In this document: piece after piece, positions 30,589 through 41,231 of the stretch | How positions within the stretch are numbered: position 1 is the first letter of the stretch | How the letters are laid out: every line of letters starts with the position of its first letter | Virus record (IMG/VR): IMGVR_UViG_3300032295_004079 | Location: 1-64,000 of that record | Strand: one strand, 5' to 3' | Length of the DNA stretch: 64,000 nt | DNA from: a virus | Taxonomy: Duplodnaviria; Caudoviricetes | The notes under the pieces: model-generated | The model's input: the letters and a program-made list of their open reading frames with translations, nothing else | Told to the model about the DNA's origin: nothing | Databases searched by the model: none | Translations under genes and position numbers: made by a program

Positions 30589-31952
30589 CGTTAAATTCTC
30601 TTAGTGCTTACGGACACGATTTTCAAATTAAAGTATTATCTTCGCTTCTAACACATAAAGAATTCTTAATAAACATCCACGATATTATCTCGGATGAATA
30701 TTTTGACAATCAAGCTGTAAAATGGTGTGTTGGTGAGATTTTAAATTACTTTGATAAGTACCATACCGTTCCTACTCTAGAAATTCTTAAAATTGAATTG
30801 CAAAAAGTAGAAAATGAGGTACTACAGATATCGATCAAAGATCAACTTAAACAAGCATATATTTCTTCAGACGCAGATTTACAATATGTACAAGAAGAGT
30901 TTACAAATTTCTGTAAAAATCAACAATTAAAGAAAGCACTATTAACATCTGTTGATTTACTTAAGGCTGGGGATTTTGACGGTATTAGAAATTTAGTAGA
31001 CAATGCTTTAAAAGCAGGTAACGATAAAAATTTAGGACACGAATATGTTAAAGATATTGAAGATCGCTATAGAGAAGACTCAAGAGCTGTTATACCTACG
31101 CCTTGGGAACTTATTAACAATCTACTCCAGGGTGGACTGGGAAATGGAGATTTTGGCCTTATATTTGGCAATCCAGGAGGTGGAAAATCTTGGTCTCTAG
31201 TAGCCCTAGGAGGCTATGCTGTAAAGTTAGGATATAATGTTTTACATTATACTCTAGAACTAGGAGAAAATTACGTTGGTAAACGATACGATGCATTTTT
31301 CTCTAAAATTTCGGTTACCAAAATTGATAGTTTTAAGCACAAAATAGAGGAATTAATTCCCCAATTGCCAGGACAACTTATTATAAAAGAATTTCCTACT
31401 GGTAAAGCTACGATTTCCACAATTGAATCCCATATTAGCAAATGTTCAGATTTAGGTGTTAAACCAGATCTTATTATAATAGATTATGTGGATTTGTTGT
31501 CTTCCAAGAAAAAGAATCGTGAGCGTAAGGAAGAAATCGATGATATTTATCAAAGCACCAAAGGATTGGCCCGCCAATTAAACATACCAATTTGGTCTGT
31601 TTCACAAGTCAATAGATCTGGCGCGCAAGATAAAATTATTGAGGGGGATAAAGCAGCAGGATCATATGATAAAATGATGATTGCTGACTTTGCAATGTCT
31701 CTTTCGAGAAAGAAAGAAGACAAAGTAAATGGAACAGGACGGTTCCATATTATGAAAAATAGATACGGGACAGATGGTTTGACATTCATGGTTAATGCCG
31801 ATACTTCAACTGGGCATTTTGAGGTAACAGAATACCACGACCAAGATGAAGAAGACAGACCATCTCCCAAATCTAAATCTAATTCTTTTGATGATGTAGA
31901 TGACTACGATAAAGAATTATTAAGGAAGAAATTCTTTGAACTAAACGACTAA
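30585..31952 (+). CDS. DnaB-like replicative helicase
   Basis: GNPGGGKS, TLEL, IIDYVD, SQVNR and KNRYG motifs. Confidence 0.9.
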   Translation: MTLNSLSAYGHDFQIKVLSSLLTHKEFLINIHDIISDEYFDNQAVKWCVGEILNYFDKYHTVPTLEILKIELQKVENEVLQISIKDQLKQAYISSDADLQYVQEEFTNFCKNQQLKKALLTSVDLLKAGDFDGIRNLVDNALKAGNDKNLGHEYVKDIEDRYREDSRAVIPTPWELINNLLQGGLGNGDFGLIFGNPGGGKSWSLVALGGYAVKLGYNVLHYTLELGENYVGKRYDAFFSKISVTKIDSFKHKIEELIPQLPGQLIIKEFPTGKATISTIESHISKCSDLGVKPDLIIIDYVDLLSSKKKNRERKEEIDDIYQSTKGLARQLNIPIWSVSQVNRSGAQDKIIEGDKAAGSYDKMMIADFAMSLSRKKEDKVNGTGRFHIMKNRYGTDGLTFMVNADTSTGHFEVTEYHDQDEEDRPSPKSKSNSFDDVDDYDKELLRKKFFELND

Positions 31953-31966
31953 ACAATATATTAAAT

Positions 31967-32923
31967 ATGAGCAAACTTACAGAACCCCGTCATTTTTATA
32001 AGCCATTTGAATACCAACAAGCATTTGAGTTCTATAAGAACCAACATAGAGCACACTGGCTTGCAGATGAGGTGCCATTAGCTTCAGATTTGAACGACTG
32101 GAGATTGAATTTGAATGAAAGTGAAAAAAACCTAATTGGAAACATTTTAAAAAGTTTTGCTCAAACAGAAGTACACGTAAATGATTATTGGTCTGGTAAA
32201 ATTTCACAATGGTTTCCAAAACCTGAAATTGTTGCTATGGCAGGTTCATTTGGTGCATTTGAAGCAATTCACGCTGAAGCATATGCTAGATTGAACGATG
32301 AATTAGGTTTGGATGATTTTCAGGCATTTATGGAAGATGAAGCATCTCGTAACAAAATTGAAAGATTGCTTGAAACCCCTTCCGATACACTAGAGGAAAA
32401 AGCATTGGCTCTAGCTATTTTTTCTGCTTTTACTGAAGGTGTAAACTTGTTTTCCTCTTTTGCTATCTTAATGTCTTTCCAACTACGTAATTTGCTTAAA
32501 GGAACAGGTCAAATCGTTGAGTGGTCCGTGCGAGATGAATCGCTACACTCACAAGCAGGCTGTTGGCTATTCCGTACATTGATGCAGGAAAATCCCGAGC
32601 TAGATACCGTAGAAATGCGAAATAACGTAATTGAGGCATGTAACTTATCTGTTAAACTTGAATTTGATTTTATCGACAAAGCATTTGAAATGGGTGAAAT
32701 TGAAGGTTTAAATAAAGAGCAACTCAAGAACTTTATTAAAGCAAGAGCAAACGATAAGATGAAAGAACTTGGATACAACCCAGTTTATAATGATATTGAC
32801 CCCGCACTATTAAAACAAATGGAATGGTTTGGTCACTTAACATCTGGAAAAACACACCAAGATTTCTTTGCAAATCGAGTTACAGACTATTCAAAGTCAA
32901 CAGGAGATTGGTCCGATCTATAA
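31967..32923 (+). CDS. nrdB: Ribonucleotide reductase class Ia beta subunit
   Basis: EAIHAEAY, EGV.LFSSF, RDESLH and DFF..RVTDY motifs. Confidence 0.95.
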   Translation: MSKLTEPRHFYKPFEYQQAFEFYKNQHRAHWLADEVPLASDLNDWRLNLNESEKNLIGNILKSFAQTEVHVNDYWSGKISQWFPKPEIVAMAGSFGAFEAIHAEAYARLNDELGLDDFQAFMEDEASRNKIERLLETPSDTLEEKALALAIFSAFTEGVNLFSSFAILMSFQLRNLLKGTGQIVEWSVRDESLHSQAGCWLFRTLMQENPELDTVEMRNNVIEACNLSVKLEFDFIDKAFEMGEIEGLNKEQLKNFIKARANDKMKELGYNPVYNDIDPALLKQMEWFGHLTSGKTHQDFFANRVTDYSKSTGDWSDL

Positions 32924-32944
32924 TTTATTAATTAACACTAAAAT

Positions 32945-34669
32945 ATGAGCACACAAGTAGATACCAGCAAATGGGTAAAGGGTAAAAATTTTCCAAATTG
33001 GATGGACGATATTGCAGTTAGCATTATCTCTAAAGGATACCTTATACCAGGTGAAGACGTTTATAAGGCTTTTACTCGAGTAAGTAAAGCAGCCGCAAGA
33101 CGACTTCGTAAACGAGAACTCCAACCTCTATTCTATGAGGCAATTGAAAAAAACTGGCTATGTTTAGCATCTCCAGTATTATCTAACTTAGGTACTGAAC
33201 GCGGAATGCCTATTTCTTGTTTCGGTATTGATGTAGAAGATTCTATTGAGGGAATCGCAGGGTCAAATTCCGAACTAATGAGATTATCTTCTCAAGGTGG
33301 GGGAGTTGGTATTGGAGTATCTCGTATTAGAGGTAGAGGTAAAGCCATTAAGGATAATGGTGTATCTGAAGGTGTAGTTCCTTGGGCTAAGATTTTTGAT
33401 TCAACTATTTTAGCAACCAACCAAGGTTCAGTAAGAAGAGGTGCTGCTTCTGTAAACCTATCAATTCACCACCCAGATATTGAAGAGTTTTTGGGTATTA
33501 GGCGTCCAAAAGGTGATGTTAACAGACAATGTTTGAATCTACATCAATGCGTTGTAATTGATGATAAGTTTATGAACGATGTTGAAAACAAAGAACCTAA
33601 AGCATTAAAATTGTGGGGCGAAATTCTAAAAACTCGACTTGAAACTGGTGAACCCTACATTATGTACGAAGATAATGTAAATAATGCTAATCCTGAGGCG
33701 TACAAGCAAAACAATTTAAAGGTTTCAATGACCAACATTTGTAGCGAAATTTCCTTGTACACAGATGAATTGCATTCCTTCATTTGCTGTCTATCTTCTT
33801 TAAACGTGGCACGTTGGGATGAATGGAAAGACTACAGGTTTGAAAATGGTATGTCGTTGCCTGAGCTTACCACTTGGTTCTTGGATGGTGTATTGCAAGA
33901 GTTTATTGACCGCGCTAAGGGTATGAAATTCATGGAAAATACCGTTAGATCTGCTATTAAAGGCCGAGCAATTGGTATTGGGGTGCTAGGATGGCATACA
34001 TTATTACAAACTAAAGAATTACCGTTTATTAGCGTTGCTTCTTCTGCTTTACGTAAACAAATCTCTAAGTTTATTTACGAGGAAGCAATTAAAGCTTCCA
34101 AAGCACAAGCAATTGAATTGGGTGAACCTGAATGGTGTAAAGGAACTGGCTTAAGACATTCCCACCACATTGCAATTGCTCCAACTGTAAGTAATGCTCA
34201 CATTTCAGGTGGTGTATCTCCTTCAGTAGAACCGATTCCAGCAAATGTTTACAACCTTAAAACCGCTAAAGGAGTGTTTATCAAGAAAAACCGAATTCTT
34301 GAAGAACTACTAGAGACTAAAGGCTACAACATTGATAGTGTTTGGGATCAAATCCTAAAAGATCAAGGATCTGTACTAGGATTGCCTGATTATATCTTGA
34401 CACAAGAGGAAAAAGAAGTATTCTTAACATTTAAAGAAATCAACCAGTTAGGTATTATCCAACAAACTGCTGTTTCTTATCCTTACGTTGACCAAGCTAT
34501 TTCTCTTAATTTAAATTTTGATCCAAATGACTCACCAAAGTGGATTTCTCAGGTGCACAAAGAAGCCCATAGATTAGGTATCAAGACTTTATATTACATG
34601 AGAACAGAATCAGTTTTACGAGGTGATACACTCTCCAGAATGGATGACTGTATTGCATGTCACGCTTAA
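32945..34669 (+). CDS. nrdA: Ribonucleotide reductase class Ia alpha subunit
   Basis: SCF, TNICSEI, CCLSS, IAPT, KTLYY and C-terminal CIAC motifs. Confidence 0.95.
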   Translation: MSTQVDTSKWVKGKNFPNWMDDIAVSIISKGYLIPGEDVYKAFTRVSKAAARRLRKRELQPLFYEAIEKNWLCLASPVLSNLGTERGMPISCFGIDVEDSIEGIAGSNSELMRLSSQGGGVGIGVSRIRGRGKAIKDNGVSEGVVPWAKIFDSTILATNQGSVRRGAASVNLSIHHPDIEEFLGIRRPKGDVNRQCLNLHQCVVIDDKFMNDVENKEPKALKLWGEILKTRLETGEPYIMYEDNVNNANPEAYKQNNLKVSMTNICSEISLYTDELHSFICCLSSLNVARWDEWKDYRFENGMSLPELTTWFLDGVLQEFIDRAKGMKFMENTVRSAIKGRAIGIGVLGWHTLLQTKELPFISVASSALRKQISKFIYEEAIKASKAQAIELGEPEWCKGTGLRHSHHIAIAPTVSNAHISGGVSPSVEPIPANVYNLKTAKGVFIKKNRILEELLETKGYNIDSVWDQILKDQGSVLGLPDYILTQEEKEVFLTFKEINQLGIIQQTAVSYPYVDQAISLNLNFDPNDSPKWISQVHKEAHRLGIKTLYYMRTESVLRGDTLSRMDDCIACHA

Positions 34670-34695
34670 TTATATTTTTTATATTACATTTTTTT

Positions 34696-34722
34696 GAGGG
34701 GCGCAAAGCGCCCCTCTTTTTT
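34696..34722 (+). terminator. Intrinsic terminator after nrdA
   Basis: GAGGGGCGC-aaa-GCGCCCCTC followed by T6. Confidence 0.9.
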
Positions 34723-34794
34723 ATATTTATAAACAAATCCCACGTTTTTCCTATTGTTATATAATGGTTGTTTTAACTTTAAACCCAAGTTAGA

Positions 34795-35268
34795 ATGAGA
34801 TTATTATATTTGTTTTTTGCTTTGTTATTAAGCATGAACCTCTATGGCCAAGAAGCTGTACGAATCGAAAATGTAACTAATAATATTGTACTAGGCCCAT
34901 TTGCTAACAATAGAGATTTGGCTTTTGGTGTTAAAAATCTTTTAGAAGAAGTAATACAAGATAAAGGATTTGATTTAGATAACACCTCTACTAAAAGCAT
35001 TAAAGTAGAACTACTTTATTTTGATGTATTAAAAAATAATGTACAATTGGGTGCATTTGGTAAAAACACAAGTGTTACCACAATTATAGCTAAAGCCTAT
35101 TTAATCGAAAATGGTAAAGTAATTAAAACAACTGAGGCAAAAGGTCAAGCTAAAGACATCTCCACTGCAACTTTAATTATAGATCAGGGAGGTAAGTTTT
35201 CACAAGCAGGGGTTTCAACAGCGCTTAAAAAGGTTTGTGAACAACTTATTGATAACTTACTTCTATGA
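34795..35268 (+). CDS. Exported protein, possibly CsgG/FlgT-related alpha/beta fold
   Basis: Signal peptide (..LYG|Q). Pattern resembles a shortened version of ORF 41429. Confidence 0.45.
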   Translation: MRLLYLFFALLLSMNLYGQEAVRIENVTNNIVLGPFANNRDLAFGVKNLLEEVIQDKGFDLDNTSTKSIKVELLYFDVLKNNVQLGAFGKNTSVTTIIAKAYLIENGKVIKTTEAKGQAKDISTATLIIDQGGKFSQAGVSTALKKVCEQLIDNLLL

Positions 35269-36887
35269 AAAAACTATTAATTCTTTTACTGCTATTACCA
35301 ACACTTTCTTTTGGTCAAATTACTATTAACCAACAGATTGTTGAAGCTCCTCCTTATAAAGTAGGAGATGTAATTACTATAAGATATAATGTTAATACAG
35401 GAACCCAATCCCCAAGATATTTGTGGGTACGATACCAATACAACAATAAAATTCTAACTCCTGTAGCTAACAGTACTATCTACTCACAAGGAACTTCAGT
35501 ACAAACCTTTAGCACTGAATGGGCTAACTTTAGATTTACTCCAAATCCAACAAAACCTTCTACATCTTTATACGAACAATATCAGTTAACACCTTGGAAT
35601 TATGCCTCAAATTCAGATTGGAATTCAGGACAATTAACCATTCAAAGAACTGATGCTAAAATTGATGGGGATTTTGTTACACAAAAATTTACTATAAAGG
35701 ATAATATAGTATACGATAACATACATCAAATATCCCTAGCTTATGCTATTGGGTCTAACTCCCAATTTATTTCCCCTGTAACAACTTCTGGCACTTCCAT
35801 ATCTTTAGGTACAGTAACAGGTGGATCTTCTTCATTTAAAGTAAAAGTAGCATTCCCTTCTAATTATGCTAGTATTGTTCACCACAATGTTCAAATAATG
35901 AAATTGAAAGTAGATGGAACAATTGATTTCTCACAACAACCTATTGCACAATTACCATTAGATGCAGCAGGAGAGGCAATATTTACCCAATTAAAAATAG
36001 GGGATGAAGTAGGTGTATTTGTTTCTCCTACTTTGCAAAAACCATTTATGAGTGATATCATAACTGTTTCAGATGCCTATAAAGCATTTTTAGGTCATTC
36101 ACAAACTGATATTAATGGTAATAATACATTTTTTACGTATCCTAATTTGGAAAAAAGAGTAGGTAATGTATCTAAAAATGATGAAATATTCAATGAAACT
36201 GATTCTTATTATATATTTGCTTATGTAATGGGAATTGATGTATCCTCCCTTGCTTCTATTCCAACCCCAACTGCAACTTCGGTAGGATGGAATAGTGGAT
36301 TATTAAATCAAAAATGGTTAGATGGAACCCCTACACATAAAGTAGTAATAACATCCAACAATCAAGTTGCAAATGCTGTATTTGCATGGGGTGGTGACTT
36401 GAACTGGTCTCATTCAACTGATCCCGCTGTAGTAGCACAAAATGTGCAAAACAATACTAACGTAACTAACAGAACTACAGCTCCTATTCAAATTGTAGGG
36501 TCATACCAACCTAAACAATACGAACAAGTTAATCTAAATGTTAGCTCTAAAATAGAAGCTGGTAAAGTAATATTATCAACTAATCTCCAAAAAGATGGAT
36601 TAGCAGGTCTAGAATTAATCATGAAGTATGACGATACTCGACTCCAATTAGATAGAGTAGAATTTGATACGGGCAATACAATGACCAACTTCTGGACTAA
36701 TGATAATGGAAGATTAACATTTGGTTCAATAGATCAACTTAAAACTGCTAGAATTAAAAAAGGCACTCCATACAGATTAATATTCACACCTAAAGTTCAA
36801 TTAACAAATACTGCAGGACTATTCTATTTTGTGTTAACAGATGCCGTAGATGCCGCGGGTAACAAAATAAACTTAATAGTTGAATAA
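35265..36887 (+). CDS. Exported protein with cohesin-like and dockerin-like segments
   Basis: Signal (SFG|Q). KVGDVITI...YQYNNKIL, ITVSDA...FNETD, GDLNWSHS and C-terminal GLEL.MKYD..RL segments. Confidence 0.55.
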   Translation: MKKLLILLLLLPTLSFGQITINQQIVEAPPYKVGDVITIRYNVNTGTQSPRYLWVRYQYNNKILTPVANSTIYSQGTSVQTFSTEWANFRFTPNPTKPSTSLYEQYQLTPWNYASNSDWNSGQLTIQRTDAKIDGDFVTQKFTIKDNIVYDNIHQISLAYAIGSNSQFISPVTTSGTSISLGTVTGGSSSFKVKVAFPSNYASIVHHNVQIMKLKVDGTIDFSQQPIAQLPLDAAGEAIFTQLKIGDEVGVFVSPTLQKPFMSDIITVSDAYKAFLGHSQTDINGNNTFFTYPNLEKRVGNVSKNDEIFNETDSYYIFAYVMGIDVSSLASIPTPTATSVGWNSGLLNQKWLDGTPTHKVVITSNNQVANAVFAWGGDLNWSHSTDPAVVAQNVQNNTNVTNRTTAPIQIVGSYQPKQYEQVNLNVSSKIEAGKVILSTNLQKDGLAGLELIMKYDDTRLQLDRVEFDTGNTMTNFWTNDNGRLTFGSIDQLKTARIKKGTPYRLIFTPKVQLTNTAGLFYFVLTDAVDAAGNKINLIVE

Positions 36888-39133
36888 TGAAATTTCTACT
36901 AGTTATATCATTTTTACTAATATCAACTTTAGGGTTCGGACAGAGTGTATCTGCTCCGGACTCTAAATCTTTTTTACAATCAACAAATGGGCAAGATGGT
37001 AGTGGATTTGTATTAAATGGGTTTAGTTCAACAGCAACTGTATTAGCATCAATCAGTTTAGTTAATCCACCAACAGGTACTACATTTAATTTAACCACAA
37101 CAACAGGTCTAACCGCAGCTAGTGGATTCACTTTAGCAGGTAATAAAACTCGTTTAGTAGTAACAGGAACTATGGCCAATATTAACAATGCTTTAGCTTC
37201 CTTAAAAGTAAATACAGGCTCAATAAAAGGTAATATTCAAATATCAGTTGCTGCTACAATAAATCCAACTGGATTTTTTTATAATGGAACAAACGGACAC
37301 TTTTATAGACCAATATCACAAGGGACAACTTATACAAATGCTAGAGCTGCAGCTTTAAACACAACATTTAAAGGTCAACAAGGATATTTAGTAACAATTA
37401 CTTCAGCGGATGAAGATGCATTTATTTTTAATAATGTACCACAAGGTAATATTTGGTTTGCATTAACCGATGAAGCAAGTGAAGCAAGATGGACAATTGA
37501 TGCAGGACCTGAAGCAGGAACTTTAATTAAAATCAATAATGGTCAATTAAATGGAAACATTCCTGGTCAATACAATAACTGGGCACCGGGTGAACCAAAC
37601 AATAGTGGTAACGAAGACTATGCGGTAACAAAATGGGGTGGGGGTTCACAGTGGAACGATTTGCCAAATGGGTTTAATTGTGCTTACGTAATTGAATACG
37701 GAACTTGGACAAATCCAGATGATGCTATATTTACAGAGTTTTACACTAATAGTGTAACACATTCAAACGGAGAAATATTAAGAGCCCAATTTAATTTTAA
37801 TTTTGGTGGTAATGTAGATGAAACTAGATTCACAACAAAATTGCTAGCACAATCCAATAACCAATATCTTCCAACTACAAATACTAACCGAACATTAAAT
37901 GGGTTAGGCAAAGTAGAAATGACAAGTGATTTAGATACTGCTAAAATATCAAACGGTAAAAAAGGAACTATTGTTGCAGGAGGAGTAGAATGGTCCTATG
38001 TGAATATTTCAAATGGGGTAACAACACTTTATATTGATTTAAGAAAATTTGATCAAAATACACAACCAACTGATGTTAAAAAAGTTTCCATTTTAGATGC
38101 ATACGATGGAGATGTAATATATCAACAAACCTCTTTGTATTGGGCACATTATATAGTTCCATCAACTCTCACAAAAATTACTGATGGGAGTTCGTCATTT
38201 GTAGGGAGCATAAGAAATTCTGGATATGATAACTGGGCATTTGCTTGTGAAATATCATTTAATAACATTAATGTATATAAACCCCATCAAGTTGAACTAA
38301 ATACAACAAACCTATCTTCACTCTATAATAATGTAATAACAGTATCAGATGTATTTTTAGCATTTAAGGAGGTATCAAATGGTGGAATATTTGGAAATGA
38401 AAGTGGACTAGAATTTACAAATGGCATTCAATTTATGAACGCGGATGTAGATGGCAATGGAATGTTCAATGAAATTGATACATACAAACTTTTACAACAT
38501 TTAACGGGTGTAGAAACTATTAATAATGGTTCAACCAATTTATCTGATTATGTAAAGATGTATTTAAAATCTGAATATGATGCTATTACAAAATTAAATT
38601 GGAATACTCAAAATAATAACACAAGAAATTTACTACCCTTTACTTTAAGCAATACTACCCTTAATAACATTTACAATATAAATGTAACTTGGAAAGGAGA
38701 TGTAAACCTCTCCCATTCAGCTCAACAAACTCAATCTGCTAACAGAACTAATTCAGTTTTAAACGAAATTAATGCTTCGTTAATGGGAGAAATAATTGAG
38801 GGTAAAGTAGTTGTAACATTATCGTTAGACCCACTACAACAAGAAGTTGTAGGTACACAATTTCAAGTAAATTATGACAATACTAGGTTAAAGTTTGAAA
38901 AAGTAGAATTTATCACTAAAGGTAATCCAACTAATTTTGCAACCAACAGAGGTTCGTTTATAACATTAGGTTCATTAATAACAGATGGGTCAACCATATT
39001 AGATAAAACCACTGAATATAAAATTATATTTAACTTCGTAAATACTACAACAGATATATTAGGGTTAACTTCTATATCCTTAACAGATGCAGTTAATAAA
39101 GAGGGTAAACAGTTAAAGATAAAAATAAACTAA
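36887..39133 (+). CDS. Exported protein with C-type lectin-like, dockerin-like and cohesin-like domains
   Basis: Signal (GFG|Q). GYLVTITS..E, YNNWAPGEPNN..NEDY and WND lectin motifs. DVDGNG.FNEID Ca loop. C-terminus parallels ORF 35265. Confidence 0.65.
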   Translation: MKFLLVISFLLISTLGFGQSVSAPDSKSFLQSTNGQDGSGFVLNGFSSTATVLASISLVNPPTGTTFNLTTTTGLTAASGFTLAGNKTRLVVTGTMANINNALASLKVNTGSIKGNIQISVAATINPTGFFYNGTNGHFYRPISQGTTYTNARAAALNTTFKGQQGYLVTITSADEDAFIFNNVPQGNIWFALTDEASEARWTIDAGPEAGTLIKINNGQLNGNIPGQYNNWAPGEPNNSGNEDYAVTKWGGGSQWNDLPNGFNCAYVIEYGTWTNPDDAIFTEFYTNSVTHSNGEILRAQFNFNFGGNVDETRFTTKLLAQSNNQYLPTTNTNRTLNGLGKVEMTSDLDTAKISNGKKGTIVAGGVEWSYVNISNGVTTLYIDLRKFDQNTQPTDVKKVSILDAYDGDVIYQQTSLYWAHYIVPSTLTKITDGSSSFVGSIRNSGYDNWAFACEISFNNINVYKPHQVELNTTNLSSLYNNVITVSDVFLAFKEVSNGGIFGNESGLEFTNGIQFMNADVDGNGMFNEIDTYKLLQHLTGVETINNGSTNLSDYVKMYLKSEYDAITKLNWNTQNNNTRNLLPFTLSNTTLNNIYNINVTWKGDVNLSHSAQQTQSANRTNSVLNEINASLMGEIIEGKVVVTLSLDPLQQEVVGTQFQVNYDNTRLKFEKVEFITKGNPTNFATNRGSFITLGSLITDGSTILDKTTEYKIIFNFVNTTTDILGLTSISLTDAVNKEGKQLKIKIN

Positions 39134-39474
39134 TGAAAAAGTTAATAATACTGTGTTTTTTAATTTTTACCTCTTGTGTTGAAGAGATAATAGAACCCCC
39201 ACCACCTCCCATTACGAATATATTTGACGTTAAAGAAAGTAAAGTAACTGATGGGCAAACTATAAATTTTGTACTCCCCTCAGCTGGAGTTTACACTTTA
39301 ACATTGATAGATAAAGAAACTAACCAAGTTGTAAGTAGAGAAAAATTTAATGGCACAGTTGGCAAAAATAATAAAAAAATCTATACTAGTTCGATACAAT
39401 CTCAATATTTATACGTGTTATTAGAAAATGTTGCTAAAACTGAAATCGGTAAAACAACTATAATAACAAAATAA
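39133..39474 (+). CDS. Lipoprotein, small beta-sandwich (T9SS CTD-like)
   Basis: FTSC lipobox with acidic residues after Cys. Paralog of 39483. Confidence 0.55.
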   Translation: MKKLIILCFLIFTSCVEEIIEPPPPPITNIFDVKESKVTDGQTINFVLPSAGVYTLTLIDKETNQVVSREKFNGTVGKNNKKIYTSSIQSQYLYVLLENVAKTEIGKTTIITK

Positions 39475-39482
39475 GGCAACCT

Positions 39483-39860
39483 ATGAAAAATTTCTTAATA
39501 ATTTTAGCGGCATCTTTTATGCTAACTTCATGCTATGATGAAGTTGTAAATCCTGAAGTTCCTGTAACCGAAGTTAAGGATGTACTGAAAATAAATGGCC
39601 TATATGGCATAAAATTAGAAAATACATTTGTAACTGATGAGGTCTCTATAAATGTAAAACTCGATACCCCCGATAAGGTTTTAATTAGAATTTTTGATAT
39701 TAACAATAGAGTAATTTCAAAAGAGGAAATTAGCGTAAAAGCAGGTAACAACATTTTAAAAGTATACACTGCTGCTTTACCTTCTTCCGCTTATCAAATT
39801 GCTTTATATAAGTCAAATGGAGTTATGTTAGGTATAACAGATTTTAATAAAATAAACTAA
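39483..39860 (+). CDS. Lipoprotein, small beta-sandwich (T9SS CTD-like)
   Basis: LTSC lipobox. IRIFDIN.R.I...G.N......LPS..Y pattern. Confidence 0.55.
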   Translation: MKNFLIILAASFMLTSCYDEVVNPEVPVTEVKDVLKINGLYGIKLENTFVTDEVSINVKLDTPDKVLIRIFDINNRVISKEEISVKAGNNILKVYTAALPSSAYQIALYKSNGVMLGITDFNKIN

Positions 39861-39866
39861 ACAGCT

Positions 39867-40202
39867 ATGAGCGAAGAACAAGAACAAGGTGGTGGATTCT
39901 TTTCCAACCTAAAAAATCAAATTATTACTGGAGCAGGAGCAATCCTTGCTACAATTGGAACTGTCTTTATAGACGAAATCAAATCTATAGTTGGTATTGA
40001 AGATGAGACTGAGCAAGTACAAGGTACCCAACAAAACAACCAACAACAGCAAAATGTTGTAATTAACATTCCAGAACAAAAAGCTGCAGAAACCAAAACT
40101 GTGGTTATTAAGGAACAAGCAGCTGCAGCCCCTGTGGAGAAAAAAGCTCCACCTAAAAAGACTGAAACAGAAAAACGTAAAGAAGAGGGGCTAGATTGGT
40201 AA
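39867..40202 (+). CDS. Single-pass membrane protein with Gln/Lys-rich tail
   Basis: Hydrophobic IITGAGAILATIGTVFI followed by low-complexity sequence. Confidence 0.6.
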   Translation: MSEEQEQGGGFFSNLKNQIITGAGAILATIGTVFIDEIKSIVGIEDETEQVQGTQQNNQQQQNVVINIPEQKAAETKTVVIKEQAAAAPVEKKAPPKKTETEKRKEEGLDW

Positions 40203-40522
40203 TGGAAAATAATACACAACAAACAGGGTTTAAGCAACTGCTAAACTCTATGATGCAAAGAAGATGGTTAATGACCTTAATTGTCTTGATTACTTTTATG
40301 TTTACAACATTCGGTATTATGATTTCTATTCACATGGACACTACAGTAGGACAGGAATGGAAAGAGTTACTACTATTGTTATTGGGTGCATTTATCGGTT
40401 CTTATGGTAAAATCATTGACTACTGGTTCTCTGATACAGATAAAGATAAAATGTTAGTCCAGAAAATGGACGAAGAAGATGGAGTTTCTTTATCAAACAC
40501 AAGTTCAACAGAAGAAAAATGA
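40196..40522 (+). CDS. Two-TM membrane protein
   Basis: Two hydrophobic helices, then an acidic tail. Confidence 0.6.
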   Translation: MVMENNTQQTGFKQLLNSMMQRRWLMTLIVLITFMFTTFGIMISIHMDTTVGQEWKELLLLLLGAFIGSYGKIIDYWFSDTDKDKMLVQKMDEEDGVSLSNTSSTEEK

Positions 40523-40616
40523 CAAACCGCGAAACAAAAGACAAAAACAGAAAAGCAATGGCTAAAGCCACTATTAAGGCTCAACAAAAATCTGGACTGT
40601 ATAAAAAGAAAATGTA

Positions 40617-41228
40617 ATGAGACTTACACTACTTTTTTTCATTTTAGCAATACAATCTCTCTTGGCACAAACCAAGAGGGATTCTGTTTTAGTAGAGACA
40701 CCTGTTTTTACAGTAATGTATTCTGAAACTTTAGAGCAACCTCTTTGGATCAAATACAGATCTACAAACCGTCCTACAAATGTAAATAGAGGTCACATGA
40801 ATTTCTATAAAGAAAAGAATATCCTTACCTCTGATGATGCCGACTATAAGGCAAATGTATATGATAAAGGACATGGAGCACCAGCTGCAACATTTTCCGA
40901 TAATGAGGTAAATTTAAAGCAAACATTTTCGTACTTAAACTCTATAATGCAAGATCAATATCTCAACAGAGGTAGTTGGAGATTGTTAGAGGAACAAGAA
41001 CGAAAGTGGGACGATGAAGAACCATTGACTGTAATAATCAAAACTTATTTTGATAAACCTGCAAAAAGAGTAGCAACAGGAGCAGCAATTCCCTCTTATA
41101 TAGAAAAACATATTCATTTTGAAAAATCCAAGCAATGGAGATGTTACGTATTTTTAAATCAAAAACCTGAATACGAATTTGAACGAGCAGGTATGTTATG
41201 TAAACCAGAAAAACATAAACTCAAATAA
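40617..41228 (+). CDS. Exported DNA/RNA non-specific endonuclease (NucA-type)
   Basis: Signal peptide, YDKGH.AP, TF...N and Q...LNRG.W..LE motifs. Confidence 0.85.
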   Translation: MRLTLLFFILAIQSLLAQTKRDSVLVETPVFTVMYSETLEQPLWIKYRSTNRPTNVNRGHMNFYKEKNILTSDDADYKANVYDKGHGAPAATFSDNEVNLKQTFSYLNSIMQDQYLNRGSWRLLEEQERKWDDEEPLTVIIKTYFDKPAKRVATGAAIPSYIEKHIHFEKSKQWRCYVFLNQKPEYEFERAGMLCKPEKHKLK

Positions 41229-41231
41229 TCT

